Below, piece by piece: positions 1 to 10,284 of a DNA stretch of 39,683 nt; position 1 is the stretch's first letter; the number at the start of each line of letters is the position of its first letter. Position numbers and translations under genes: made by a program. The stretch lies in IMG/VR virus record IMGVR_UViG_2886169441_000004. The stretch is one strand, 5' to 3'. Below the pieces are notes generated by a model. The model was not told the DNA's origin and made no database searches. It was given only the letters and a program-made list of their open reading frames with translations. The stretch comes from a virus. Taxonomy: Duplodnaviria > Heunggongvirae > Uroviricota > Caudoviricetes.

Positions 1-1293
<1,293 letters not shown>

Positions 1294-1315
1294 TACCCAA
1301 TTTTTCTGAATCTAA

Positions 1316-1335
1316 AAAGCGCCTGCGGGCGCTTT
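1316..1335. terminator. GC-rich hairpin directly after serS stop (AAAGCGCC-TGCG-GGCGCTTT)
   Basis: Perfect 8-bp stem read from sequence; a T-run follows on the minus strand and a weaker A/T tract on the plus strand. Confidence 0.5.
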
Positions 1336-1411
1336 AAGTAGAGGTTTAATCATTTGAAAATAAATGGATTTTATTTTTAAGTGTCCATATAACGTCCATC
1401 TTTGAATGCAA

Positions 1412-1448
1412 AAAGCCCACAGCTTCTATGCTGTGGGCTTTGTTTTTT
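1412..1448. terminator. bidirectional rho-independent terminator
   Basis: 12-bp stem AAAGCCCACAGC / GCTGTGGGCTTT with loop TTCTAT, followed by GTTTTTT on the plus strand and flanked by an A-run on the other side. Confidence 0.6.
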
Positions 1449-1598
1449 GGTGTCCTCATGAGTGAGGGAACCAAAAAGAAAACCCGCAGTTTTTACGCTG
1501 CGGGCTTGTTGTTCACGTCAACTGGAAATAGGGTGCCTTTTCGACCTTTACCCTGGCAACCGATTGACGGGGAAGTTGCCTTCCCCGTCGCGGTTTCC

Positions 1599-1739
1599 TT
1601 ACTGCTTACACTGTAAGAACGCCGCAAACTCCGCTCCCCAGAAACTCATCCGTATTTCACACAGCGAACCGTGCAGCATCCAGATGATGAGGATTGCCGT
1701 CACGCAGAATGTGATGGCCGTAAGCGATTTTTGCGACAT
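1599..1739 (-). CDS. candidate small hydrophobic protein, 46 aa (MSQKSLTAITFCVTAILIIWMLHGSLCEIRMSFWGAEFAAFLQCKQ)
   Basis: Manually translated minus-strand ORF below the track cutoff; ATG preceded by AAGGAG at about 8 nt spacing; predicted single transmembrane segment. Confidence 0.3.
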   Translation of the reverse strand: MSQKSLTAITFCVTAILIIWMLHGSLCEIRMSFWGAEFAAFLQCKQ

Positions 1740-1930
1740 AGCGCTTGCTCCTTTTTCGGGGAGGCGCTAACCTATCACTTGCTGAGGGTAGATGGTTAGG
1801 GCCTCGGGTTAACGTTAAAGTTGACTCGGGGCCTTTCCACATCTGGCCTTCGGGTATTCCCTCCGACCATCAGCCGAAAGGCACCCGCACGTAATCTATC
1901 GCTTTTTTGTTACTCCGGCAATTCTGCCTG

Positions 1931-2191
1931 TTAATTCTGAGATAAAGGCAAACTCATCTGATTGTTTCCCCTGTGTGAAGCTGGCAGATCATGCCACGGG
2001 ATACCTTCTGAAGAGTGAACGCCGGAGGCGTGTTTTGATGTGAATTTATGGAAAGCTTCCAGTGTTGAGAAGCATACGCCGCATTCCAGATTGTTACACT
2101 GGTAATACTTTTGCCGCACGGTGTTTGAATCATTTTCCGGACGACTGGTGCGGATACGGGCAGATGCGCCACAAAGCGGACAACGGAACAT
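1931..2191 (-). CDS. ogr: Ogr/Delta-type zinc-finger late transcription activator
   Basis: Starts MFRCPLCGASARIRTSR with a second Cys pair (YYQCNNLECGVCF), matching the P2 Ogr MFHCPLC zinc-finger pattern; sits right after gene D as in P2. Confidence 0.85.
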   Translation of the reverse strand: MFRCPLCGASARIRTSRPENDSNTVRQKYYQCNNLECGVCFSTLEAFHKFTSKHASGVHSSEGIPWHDLPASHRGNNQMSLPLSQN

Positions 2192-2231
2192 AGCGACCTC
2201 CCTTAACGTGGTGCTGCCTATTCTAAGTTGC

Positions 2232-3341
2232 TCACTCTGTTTCCGCTATCCATTCCGGGATTTTTGCCTCAAGCTCAAGCTGCGTGGTAAAACCGCTGTT
2301 ATCAATGGTGTGCTCGGCTTTTGCAATGATCCAGTCCTGATTATCAATCTCGCTTTTAAATCCTGTTACCGTGCCATGCATTTCGGGGTAGAGTTCTGCA
2401 CGTCCACGCGCCAGCGTGATGGAGAATGATGCGGCTCCGCGTTGTAGTTGCTGCCACTTTGCCGCCGCTGCGCGTCTTGCTGCCTGCTCGTTCTGATAAG
2501 TCTTGCGTAACACAAACACATTGCCTTCCGCGCCTTCCATATAATCACCTTCGCGGCTGCTGCTTTTCTCCTTTTTGGGTTTTGGCGGTTTACGGCGTTT
2601 CACGCTGACTTTTTTCTTTTTCCCGTAATTAAGATCAAGCCAGTAAGCGCGTACCCCCGTATACGCTTCGCGGTCAGCAATGCGGAACTGATGGCGATCG
2701 CCGCTGCTGCGTGTGATGGCAAACGATGGCAACGGCTGGCCCTGTGCGTTCACGCCACCGCCGGGCATGATGAATAACAGATTACCGCTTTTTACCGTGG
2801 TGATTGCGCCCAGCATTTCCGCCATGCGCGTAAGGAAGGACATGTCGCTTTCTTCGGTCTGGTCGGCGTGGTCGATTTCGATATCCATCAGCATTTCGCT
2901 GATTTGCGGTTTCAGACCATACCGATGAGCGATGGCGGATACCACACGCTCAACGGTCACATCATGCCAGGACACCTCACGTTTAACGTTAAATTCATCC
3001 CGAAAATCTGCGCTTCTGGCTGAAACAGTCAGCCTGTCCGGCGGTCCTTCGTGAGCGATTTCATCAACAATGTAAGTGCCTTTTTCTGTCAGCGGTTCTC
3101 CTTTCCAGCCAATGAGAACCGTCAGGCGCGCGCCCCGTGGCGGTAGCTGCAACTGACCATCCGCATCATCCAGCGTGATGGTGAGCTGGTCCGCCTCAAA
3201 TCCCCGGTTGTCGGTCAGTGACAGGCTCATCAGGCGCTCTGCCACGCCTGACAGCGTTTTACCCTCCGCGAGAATATCAAAATCCGGCATTTTCACGGGG
3301 TCTGTGCCCTGACTGAGCAATTGCATGGTGGTGTCGGTCAT
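2232..3341 (-). CDS. D: tail protein D (late control D family)
   Basis: ORF 2232..3473 resembles P2 gpD; start placed at the internal ATG at 3341 (MTDTTMQLL), which has a GGGAGGGAG Shine-Dalgarno just upstream. Confidence 0.88.
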   Translation of the reverse strand: MTDTTMQLLSQGTDPVKMPDFDILAEGKTLSGVAERLMSLSLTDNRGFEADQLTITLDDADGQLQLPPRGARLTVLIGWKGEPLTEKGTYIVDEIAHEGPPDRLTVSARSADFRDEFNVKREVSWHDVTVERVVSAIAHRYGLKPQISEMLMDIEIDHADQTEESDMSFLTRMAEMLGAITTVKSGNLLFIMPGGGVNAQGQPLPSFAITRSSGDRHQFRIADREAYTGVRAYWLDLNYGKKKKVSVKRRKPPKPKKEKSSSREGDYMEGAEGNVFVLRKTYQNEQAARRAAAAKWQQLQRGAASFSITLARGRAELYPEMHGTVTGFKSEIDNQDWIIAKAEHTIDNSGFTTQLELEAKIPEWIAETE

Positions 3342-3398
3342 CTGCTCCCTCCCTGTGCGGCATGGTCGCATGTGCGTGCGGAGGGGGTTACTGCTTTT

Positions 3399-3422
3399 TG
3401 TTGTCGCCGTGGCGGGAGAACG
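3399..3422 (+). promoter_or_regulatory. candidate Ogr-responsive late promoter element upstream of FI (TGTTGT-N12-AGAACG)
   Basis: Imperfect dyad about 90 bp upstream of the FI start; the same TGTTGT-N12-AGAAC pattern recurs in the O/P divergent region. Confidence 0.4.
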
Positions 3423-3498
3423 GCGCAGGGGTGAGATTACGCGCGTGGTGGGTGATGATTGTTGCCGAATCATTTAACGGATACAAGGGGCTGAAGCT

Positions 3499-4683
3499 AT
3501 GAGTGAAACTCGTTTTCATGGTGCCCGTGTCACGGAAAGTACCGACCTGGTAACAGCGATTAATGATGTTGATTCCAGCGTTATCGGTATCGTGGCAACG
3601 GCGGATGATGCGGATGCGGAGCTGTTCCCGCTGAACAAGCCCACACTGCTGACCCGCGTCAATGACGTGCTGGGAAAATGCGGGACTACGGGGACGCTTT
3701 ATCGTGCGCTTAAGGCTATCGCAGACCAGGTGAGCACAAAAGTGATCGTCGTTCGCGTGGCTGAACACAAAGAAGAAGGCGGTAGGACGCAGGATCAACT
3801 GGTTATCGGTGGTTCTGAATCTGACGGCAGCTATACGGGGATGTATGCGCTGCTTGTTGCAGAGCAGGATGAAAGCATCGGATACCGTCCGCGTATTCTG
3901 GCCGCGCCGGAGCTGGACACGGAGGCGGTGACAAAATCCCTGTGCGTGATTGCGGGTAAACTGCGCGCGTTTGTGTATGCCACATGTCATGGTTGTAACA
4001 CGATGGCTGAGGCGATTACCTACCGCCAGAAATTCAACGAACGTGAGGTGATGCTCTTATGGCCTGACTTCATCGCCTACAACCCGAAAAGTGGCAAAAA
4101 CGAAACGTTCCCCGCGCCTGCTTATGCGTGCGGCCTTCGTGCGTACATTGACCATGAGCAGGGCTGGCACAAATCGCTGTCCAACGTTCCGGTTAAAAAT
4201 GTGCTGGGGATGTCGAGGCATGTGTTCTGGTCGTTACAGGCCGAAGACAGTGATGCCAACAGCCTCAACAACAAAGAAATCACGACCATTATTCGTCGTA
4301 ACGGGTTCCGCTTCTGGGGCAACCGCACACCGGAAACGAACGCCTACATCTTTGAGGTGTATACCCGAACCGCACAGGTGCTGGCTGATTCAATTGCGGA
4401 AGCGCAGTTTGAAACCATCGACAGTCCACTGACGCCTGCGAACGTGAAGGATGTTATCAGTGCCATCAGGGCAAAATTGGATTCGCTGGTTACTGCCGGG
4501 AAACTGATTGGCGCGGAGTGCTGGTATGACGTGGTGGATAACGGCACCACGGATTTACGTCAGGGGCGTGTGCGTATTCGCTACAAATATACGCCCGTTC
4601 CCCCGCTGGAAGACATGGAGCTTTACCAGACGTTTACTGATGAATTCTTTGGTCCCGCATTTGCGGTGCTGGGAGGTGCCTGA
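3499..4683 (+). CDS. FI: contractile tail sheath protein FI
   Basis: 394 aa; strong similarity to P2 FI across conserved blocks (DADAELFPLNKP, QGWHKSLSNV, RRNGFRFWGNRT, YTPVPPLE). Confidence 0.93.
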   Translation: MSETRFHGARVTESTDLVTAINDVDSSVIGIVATADDADAELFPLNKPTLLTRVNDVLGKCGTTGTLYRALKAIADQVSTKVIVVRVAEHKEEGGRTQDQLVIGGSESDGSYTGMYALLVAEQDESIGYRPRILAAPELDTEAVTKSLCVIAGKLRAFVYATCHGCNTMAEAITYRQKFNEREVMLLWPDFIAYNPKSGKNETFPAPAYACGLRAYIDHEQGWHKSLSNVPVKNVLGMSRHVFWSLQAEDSDANSLNNKEITTIIRRNGFRFWGNRTPETNAYIFEVYTRTAQVLADSIAEAQFETIDSPLTPANVKDVISAIRAKLDSLVTAGKLIGAECWYDVVDNGTTDLRQGRVRIRYKYTPVPPLEDMELYQTFTDEFFGPAFAVLGGA

Positions 4684-5195
4684 TGGCTGTACCAAAACAT
4701 CTTCGCTTTTTTACGTTGTTTGTGGATGGTGAAAACGAAGTGGGTAAAGTGACATCCGTCACGCCGCCCAAACTGACGCGCAAAACCGACAGCTATCGTG
4801 GTGGTGGCATGATGGGAGCAGTAAGTATTGATCTCGGTCTGGACGACTCCGCGCTTGATGCGAGCTTTGTCATGGGGGGAGCTGTTCGTGCACTGTTCCT
4901 TAAGTATGGCGGCACGATTGACGGCACGCTGCTGCGTTTTGCGGGTGAATATTACACCGATGCAGAAAGCGATCTGTATGAAATCGAGATGCGCGGGCGT
5001 GTGACGGAAATTGATATGGGGGAGGCCAAACAGGGCGAAGCCACATCACACACTTACGCTGTCAAAAACACCTACTACAAGCTGAGCGTTAACGATCGCC
5101 CGCTGTGGGAAATCGACCTGTTGAACCACATCTACCGGAAGGACGGCAAGGACATTGTGCCTGACCGCATTCGTTCCGCGCTTGGGCTTGGCTGA
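4683..5195 (+). CDS. FII: tail tube protein FII
   Basis: 170 aa immediately after FI with a TGATG stop/start overlap; N-terminus MAVPKHLRFFTLFVDGENEVGKV is typical of P2 FII. Confidence 0.9.
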   Translation: MAVPKHLRFFTLFVDGENEVGKVTSVTPPKLTRKTDSYRGGGMMGAVSIDLGLDDSALDASFVMGGAVRALFLKYGGTIDGTLLRFAGEYYTDAESDLYEIEMRGRVTEIDMGEAKQGEATSHTYAVKNTYYKLSVNDRPLWEIDLLNHIYRKDGKDIVPDRIRSALGLG

Positions 5196-5250
5196 TAAGT
5201 AATATGCAGGCGGCGCAGTGCGTCGCCTCTGACTGAAAAGGAGACAACTG

Positions 5251-5625
5251 ATGAAAGATATCGATACTGAAACCCGGAATAACACCGTAGCGGATGATGT
5301 GACGTCAGGTGAGGATATGGCTGTCGAACGTGGTGTAAAACTTTCCCGGCCAATTGAGCGTGGTGCCGAAAAAATCACATATGTGGAGATCACCGGGGCT
5401 ATTGAGCAGGCGGGATCCCTGCGTGGTCTGTCGCTGTCTGATGTGCTGAATCTGAAAGCGGATACCATGTTCACGCTGTTGCCTCGCGTGACCTCGCCAC
5501 GACTGGATGAAGTGATGATTAAAAAAATGTCGTCACGCGATTTTATTCAGTTGTGCGCTGTGGCTGTAAATTTTATGAGCGAGCCAGACTCTGGCGCGAA
5601 GAGCGTGCAGGAGACGGCAGCGTAA
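5251..5625 (+). CDS. E: tail assembly chaperone E
   Basis: 124-aa ORF between FII and the tape measure gene; AAAAGGAG Shine-Dalgarno upstream; position and size fit P2 gpE. Confidence 0.8.
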   Translation: MKDIDTETRNNTVADDVTSGEDMAVERGVKLSRPIERGAEKITYVEITGAIEQAGSLRGLSLSDVLNLKADTMFTLLPRVTSPRLDEVMIKKMSSRDFIQLCAVAVNFMSEPDSGAKSVQETAA

Positions 5626-5789
5626 TCACCCTGGTGTGCTTTGAGCACATCGAAGATCTGGTGGCGGATATTGCCGCCATTTTCAACTGGTCGCCCGCCG
5701 AAATCTTCATGATGACGCCCGGCGAAGTGGTTAGCTGGCGTGAGCGGGCGGCACTTCGCAGCGGGAATGCAGATAATGAAGACTCTTGA
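5553..5789 (+). CDS. E' extension in the -1 frame (E+E' frameshift product)
   Basis: Open -1 frame overlaps the 3' end of E and stops just inside the T gene; candidate slippery heptamer A AAT TTT at 5568..5574. Confidence 0.6.
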   Translation: MRCGCKFYERARLWREERAGDGSVITLVCFEHIEDLVADIAAIFNWSPAEIFMMTPGEVVSWRERAALRSGNADNEDS

Positions 5790-8583
5790 CATCCGGGTCG
5801 CTTTCAGCGCCGTTGACAGGCTGACCCGGCCTGCCGAAAACGCCCGCCGCCTGATGGGGCAGTTTGGTGACTCCATTCAGCGAACGCAGGGGGCGATCAA
5901 AAATCTCGAGCGTCAGGCGCGTTCATTTGAGCGCGCCCGCGACGCTGTCAGTAAAGCGGATGCGGGTATCGTGAAAGCACGACGCCAGCTTAACGCCCTT
6001 AATCAGTTACAACGCACGGGTACAGTGCTCAGCGAAAAACAACAAAAGCTGATGCAGCAGTTAAGCACCCGGCTTGAACGCCTGAATGAATCGCGCACAC
6101 GGGAAATTCAGAAAATGCGGGAGCTTGGCGGAGAACTGAAACGCCACGGCATTTCCCTGACAGGCAGCGATAACACCATCCAGCAGGCCATCAGACGCAC
6201 CGAACAATACAACAACCAGCTTGAACGCGAACGGCAGGCGCTTGCGCGTGTAACGCAGGCTCGTGAGCGGTATTCGCGCGCGCAGGAAACCGCGGGAAAA
6301 CTGAAAACAGGTGGTGCGCTGGCAATTGGTGCGGCAGCGGCGGGCGGCTATGCTGCCGGGCGTTTTTTGCAGCCCGCGATCGGGTTCGGCAAAGAGATGT
6401 CCCGCGTTCAGGCGCTGACGCGAATCGACAAAAACAGCCCGCAGTTTAAGGCGCTGCGTGAGCAGGCGTTAAAACTTGGCTCTGAAACACAGTTTACTGC
6501 GAGTGATGCCGCCAGTGGGCAGAGCTTTCTGGCAATGGCTGGTTTTACTCCGCAGGCCATTCAGGCCGCATTGCCCGGTGTTCTTAATATGGCGCTGGCA
6601 GGTGGCGTCGAACTCGGCGAGACGGCTGATATAGGCTCCAATATCCTCACACAGTTCAACCTGACAGCCGATCAAATGGACCGGGTTGGCGATACGCTGA
6701 CAGCGGCATTCACCCGGACCAATACTGATTTACGCGCGCTGGGCGAAACCATGAAGTATACCGGTCCGGTTGCCGCAAAACTTGGTATCAGTCTTGAAGA
6801 AGCGGCAGCCATGGCCGGGATGCTTGCCAATAATGGTCTTCGTGGAAGCGATGCTGGTACGGCCATGCGCGCAAGTCTGTCCCGCCTTGCATCACCGCCA
6901 AAAGCTGCGGCTGATGCGCTGAAAGAGCTGGGGGTGTCAGTTGCTGACGCCAGAGGCAAAATGCGCCCGATGGAGGATGTGCTGCTTGATCTCTATAAGG
7001 CGACACAAAAATACGGACAGGTGGACCAGGTTTCCTTCTTCAAGGACATCGCCGGAGAAGAGGCGTTCGTTGGTTTGCAGACGCTTGTTGCGGCGGCTGG
7101 TTCAGGAGAGCTGCAAAAACTGACCAGAGAATTGCAGGGGGCAAGGGGAGAGGCCGATCGCGTTGCAAAAGTAATGGCCGATAATCTTGATGGGGACCTG
7201 AAAAATCTCGACAGCGCATGGGAAGGTCTTCGTATTCGCATCAGTGATCTGGTTGACGGTCCGCTGCGTTCTGTCACGCAGTGGCTCACGCGGGTGCTTG
7301 AAAAAATCACCTCGCTGGCGCAGGCCCATCCGGTACTGACGCGCCAGCTACTGATAGCAGGCGGTGCGTTGCTGGCAATGACTGCAACGGTTGGCTCGTT
7401 GTCGCTGGCTATTGGTGTGCTTGCTGGCCCGCTGGCAAAACTGCGTCTTGGCTTTTCCCTCCTGACCGGTTCAATGAATGCTGTCAGACTCCTGCCAGCA
7501 CTATGGGGAATGGTGACGGGTTCCGTTTCGTTACTGGGGGGCGCTATCGGGGCGTTGTTCAGTCCGGTCGGCCTTATCGTGGCTGCGCTTGCCGGAGCTG
7601 CCGTTCTCATCTGGAAATACTGGGATCCCATCAGGGCATTTTTTGCCGGGGTGTTCAGCGGGATTATGGAAAGGCTGACCCCGTTGCGCGAAACCTTTGA
7701 ACGGTTTGGTCCTGTTTTTGACGCAATCGGGAGTGGGATCAGCCAGGTGTTTAACTGGTTTAAATCGCTGCTGTCTCCGATGGAGTCCAGCAAGGAAACT
7801 CTGGATAAATGTACCAGTGCTGGCGAGATATTCGGTAACGTTCTTGGCGGTGCGTTACAACTTGTTCTGACACCTGCAAAAATGTTGCTGGATACGCTGG
7901 CGTGGATACTTGAAAAGCTTGGTGTGCTTCCGGATGAAGCGGAAAGGGCGCGCAAGAAAATCGAAGACGCACAGCGTGCGGCCATTCTTCAGGACAAGGT
8001 TGCCTTGCTTCAGGGGGACCTGGCGAAAATCAATCCGCCGAAGCCTGTGGAAAATGGCAATGGCACCGGAGGTGATAACCCCAAAGACAATAAACCGCTC
8101 ACAGACAGCAATACCGGTACGCTGCGCAGACTCAGCAAAATTGCTGATAACACAGGTAAGCTGGTTGAGGAGACGAAAAAACGCATTGGCCCCGGCGATA
8201 TTGTCTTTAAAAACCTGCCCCGAGCACTTGCTGTTCGTGGGGAGTGGCAGGAGCGGAAGATTGCGCAGGTCAGTAAGCCTGCCCCCGCAATTAATATCAC
8301 ACCCGTGGTCCCGGCTCCGCTGCCTCCGGCGCTGGTCCCTGTTGTTGCGGCCAGCTCCCGCCCGGTGGCGGAGGCTATACGATCTCCAGTGGCATCAGTT
8401 CCTGTAACTTCCCGTAACCGGGAGCCTGTTGCCTCCGGATTTGGTGGTGAAATTCATGTTCATCTGCATAACGTTGTTACGCAGAATCCCCGCGAACTGG
8501 CGAAACTGGTCGGTGAAATGGTCAGGGCAGAAATGGAACGGCGCGCCCGTGCCGGGCGTGGCAGTTTTTACGATAAAGATTGA
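5776..8583 (+). CDS. T: tail tape measure protein T
   Basis: Very long ORF (up to 947 aa from 5740) with Ala/Gly/Leu-rich coiled-coil and hydrophobic stretches; start probably ATG 5776 (MKTLDIR), with 5740 and 5767 as alternatives. Confidence 0.9.
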   Translation: MKTLDIRVAFSAVDRLTRPAENARRLMGQFGDSIQRTQGAIKNLERQARSFERARDAVSKADAGIVKARRQLNALNQLQRTGTVLSEKQQKLMQQLSTRLERLNESRTREIQKMRELGGELKRHGISLTGSDNTIQQAIRRTEQYNNQLERERQALARVTQARERYSRAQETAGKLKTGGALAIGAAAAGGYAAGRFLQPAIGFGKEMSRVQALTRIDKNSPQFKALREQALKLGSETQFTASDAASGQSFLAMAGFTPQAIQAALPGVLNMALAGGVELGETADIGSNILTQFNLTADQMDRVGDTLTAAFTRTNTDLRALGETMKYTGPVAAKLGISLEEAAAMAGMLANNGLRGSDAGTAMRASLSRLASPPKAAADALKELGVSVADARGKMRPMEDVLLDLYKATQKYGQVDQVSFFKDIAGEEAFVGLQTLVAAAGSGELQKLTRELQGARGEADRVAKVMADNLDGDLKNLDSAWEGLRIRISDLVDGPLRSVTQWLTRVLEKITSLAQAHPVLTRQLLIAGGALLAMTATVGSLSLAIGVLAGPLAKLRLGFSLLTGSMNAVRLLPALWGMVTGSVSLLGGAIGALFSPVGLIVAALAGAAVLIWKYWDPIRAFFAGVFSGIMERLTPLRETFERFGPVFDAIGSGISQVFNWFKSLLSPMESSKETLDKCTSAGEIFGNVLGGALQLVLTPAKMLLDTLAWILEKLGVLPDEAERARKKIEDAQRAAILQDKVALLQGDLAKINPPKPVENGNGTGGDNPKDNKPLTDSNTGTLRRLSKIADNTGKLVEETKKRIGPGDIVFKNLPRALAVRGEWQERKIAQVSKPAPAINITPVVPAPLPPALVPVVAASSRPVAEAIRSPVASVPVTSRNREPVASGFGGEIHVHLHNVVTQNPRELAKLVGEMVRAEMERRARAGRGSFYDKD

Positions 8584-8589
8584 GGAGTC

Positions 8590-9084
8590 ATGGCCATGAT
8601 GATGATCTACGGCATGTTTGTTTTTGAGCTGCGCACGCTGCCGCATCAGCAGTTACAGCAAAACAAAAGCTGGCGGCATGTGAAAAATGAACGCGTTAAC
8701 CGTTCAGCAAGCTGGCAGTATATCGGTGCAGGTGATGATCGCATCGTTCTTTCTGGTGTGCTTTATCCTGAAATTACAGGTGGCGAAGTGTCGCTGTCGC
8801 TGCTGACCACGCAGGCGTATACAGGACGACCCTGGCCTTTGATTGATGGCGTCGGGCAGATTTACGGCATGTATGTCCTGACTGAAACGAATACGACCCG
8901 CTCCGAGTTTGATCGCTACGGTAAGGCGAAAAAGATAGAATTTTCACTGACTCTTGAACGCTGTGATGAGGATTTGCGGGAGCGCCTGCAATCCTCATCG
9001 TTCAGTGATATGCTGTCCGGCTTCAAAGATAAGGTGACATCATCTCTTAACAGCGCGGCCAGTTCAGTTAAAGGGCTGTTCTGA
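8590..9084 (+). CDS. U: tail protein U
   Basis: 164 aa; conserved SWRHxxNxRVNRSASWQYIG and PWPLIDG blocks as in P2 gpU; GAGGAG Shine-Dalgarno. Confidence 0.87.
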   Translation: MAMMMIYGMFVFELRTLPHQQLQQNKSWRHVKNERVNRSASWQYIGAGDDRIVLSGVLYPEITGGEVSLSLLTTQAYTGRPWPLIDGVGQIYGMYVLTETNTTRSEFDRYGKAKKIEFSLTLERCDEDLRERLQSSSFSDMLSGFKDKVTSSLNSAASSVKGLF

Positions 9085-9093
9085 TTTAACACA

Positions 9094-9123
9094 AAAACCG
9101 CTAATGGTCAGATTAGCGGTTTT
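9094..9123. terminator. perfect palindromic hairpin between convergent U and invertase genes
   Basis: AAAACCGCTAAT-GGTCAG-ATTAGCGGTTTT with 12-bp arms; A-run on one side and T-run on the other, so it can terminate in both directions. Confidence 0.65.
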
Positions 9124-9712
9124 CATTTTCCTGAGTCTGCCCGGTTGTTTCTTCAGTCTGTATATCGCCTACAGGGTGATAACGATAAATCGTCGATGTG
9201 CCAATGCCGTAAATTATTGCCAGTTGTTTTCTGTCGTGCCCGTTTTTGATTAGCCTTGCTATTTGCTCATGCTGTTCTTTTGTCAGCTTCGGTCGACGTC
9301 CGCCTGTGCGCCCCCTTGCGCGCGCTGCCGCCAGCCCGGCCAGTGTACGTTCAACAATTAATTCACGTTCCATTTCAGCCAGGGCACCCATCACGTGGAA
9401 GAAAAAACGCCCCATTGGAGAAGATGTGTCTATGCTGTCGGTCAGACTGCGAAAATTAATCCCTCGCTCCCGTAGTTCCCCGACGAGAGAAATCAGATGT
9501 TTCATGCTTCGCCCGAGGCGATCCAGTTTCCAGACAACCAGCGTGTCACCTTTTTGAAGGCGCTTTAAAGCGCGTTTTAATCCCGGTCGGTCTGTCTTTG
9601 TCCCGCTTAATTTATCTTCAAATATTTGTTCACATCCTGCACAAACAAGAGCGTTTCGTTGCAGGTCTGTATTCTGGTCATTTGTTGATACCCTTACATA
9701 GCCAATCAGCAC
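9113..9712 (-). CDS. pin: serine recombinase, DNA invertase of the Pin/Hin/Gin/Cin family
   Basis: Near-identical over most of its length to e14 Pin as I recall it (LIGYVRVSTNDQNTDLQRNAL..., catalytic Ser in the RVST motif); start placed at GTG 9712 with GGGAGA upstream, while the track's extended ORF begins at a TTG. Confidence 0.92.
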   Translation of the reverse strand: MLIGYVRVSTNDQNTDLQRNALVCAGCEQIFEDKLSGTKTDRPGLKRALKRLQKGDTLVVWKLDRLGRSMKHLISLVGELRERGINFRSLTDSIDTSSPMGRFFFHVMGALAEMERELIVERTLAGLAAARARGRTGGRRPKLTKEQHEQIARLIKNGHDRKQLAIIYGIGTSTIYRYHPVGDIQTEETTGQTQENENR

Positions 9713-9766
9713 ACTGAATCTCCCGTCCAAAAGCGCAAATCATGCCATGCAGGCCAGAAACGGCCA

Positions 9767-9792
9767 TTATTTAAAACCTCGGTTTACGAGAA
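9767..9792. other. gix/hix-like 26-bp crossover site (TTATTTAAAACCTCGGTTTACGAGAA), invertase-proximal
   Basis: About 21 of 26 positions match the Mu gix site as I recall it; present in inverted orientation relative to the site at 12309..12334. Confidence 0.6.
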
Positions 9793-10284
9793 CTCGGCAC
9801 AAGCGGGGAGAAAATACCGTTACTCAGTACAGCGAATACCTGGACCAATCGACAAACATTCAGCGGTGGCCTTTCTGGGGAACTGTCCGGCAATGCCGCT
9901 ACTGCAACAAAACTGAAAACAGCACGAAAAATTGCTGGAGTTGGTTTTGATGGTTCTAGCGATATTTCAATTAGTGCCAAAAATGTCATGCTTTGCCTCC
10001 GAAAACAGGAATACGTTGCGTGATAACAGTTGGATGGAATGGATAGGGAGCTATAACGCATATTGGTGGTGCATCACGTTAATTTTCATTTATATAAGCG
10101 GAAGTTGTCCTGCGTCAGTTCGGTTAATTATAAAAATGGGGTATTTTTACGTCGCCGTGATGGTTATGGTTTGAAGGTGGTCGATTTTACACCACCACGA
10201 AAACCTTCAGCGGAGATGTTGGTGCATTTATCGGGTCATGAATGTACTGGTATCACATCAGTGCTTGCGTATTCATTGTTGTGA
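9793..10284 (+). pseudogene. alternative tail-fibre C-terminal segment, interrupted by stop and frameshift
   Basis: Manual translation gives a tail-fibre-like stretch (GELSGNAATATKLKTARKIAGVGFDGSSDISISAKNV), then a stop; a downstream frame encodes [18 protein letters not shown], which resembles the minus-strand tip. Confidence 0.5.

Noticed and set aside
1462-1842. ORFs of 61-102 aa in the serS-prophage junction
   Set aside because: No ribosome-binding sites, odd composition, and they overlap terminator hairpins; only the 46-codon ORF at 1599..1739 has coding-like features.
6993-7985. 330-aa minus-strand ORF inside the tape measure gene
   Set aside because: Antisense to a well-supported long CDS; Ala/Ser/Pro-rich low-complexity translation typical of the reverse frame of a GC-rich gene.
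9085-9130. Palindrome after U as a secondary invertase crossover site explaining the FI-U inversion
   Set aside because: Contains AAAACC/GGTTTT half-site-like elements, but the arms are separated by 6 bp rather than a 2-bp core and similarity to the gix-like sites is weak; kept as a terminator only.
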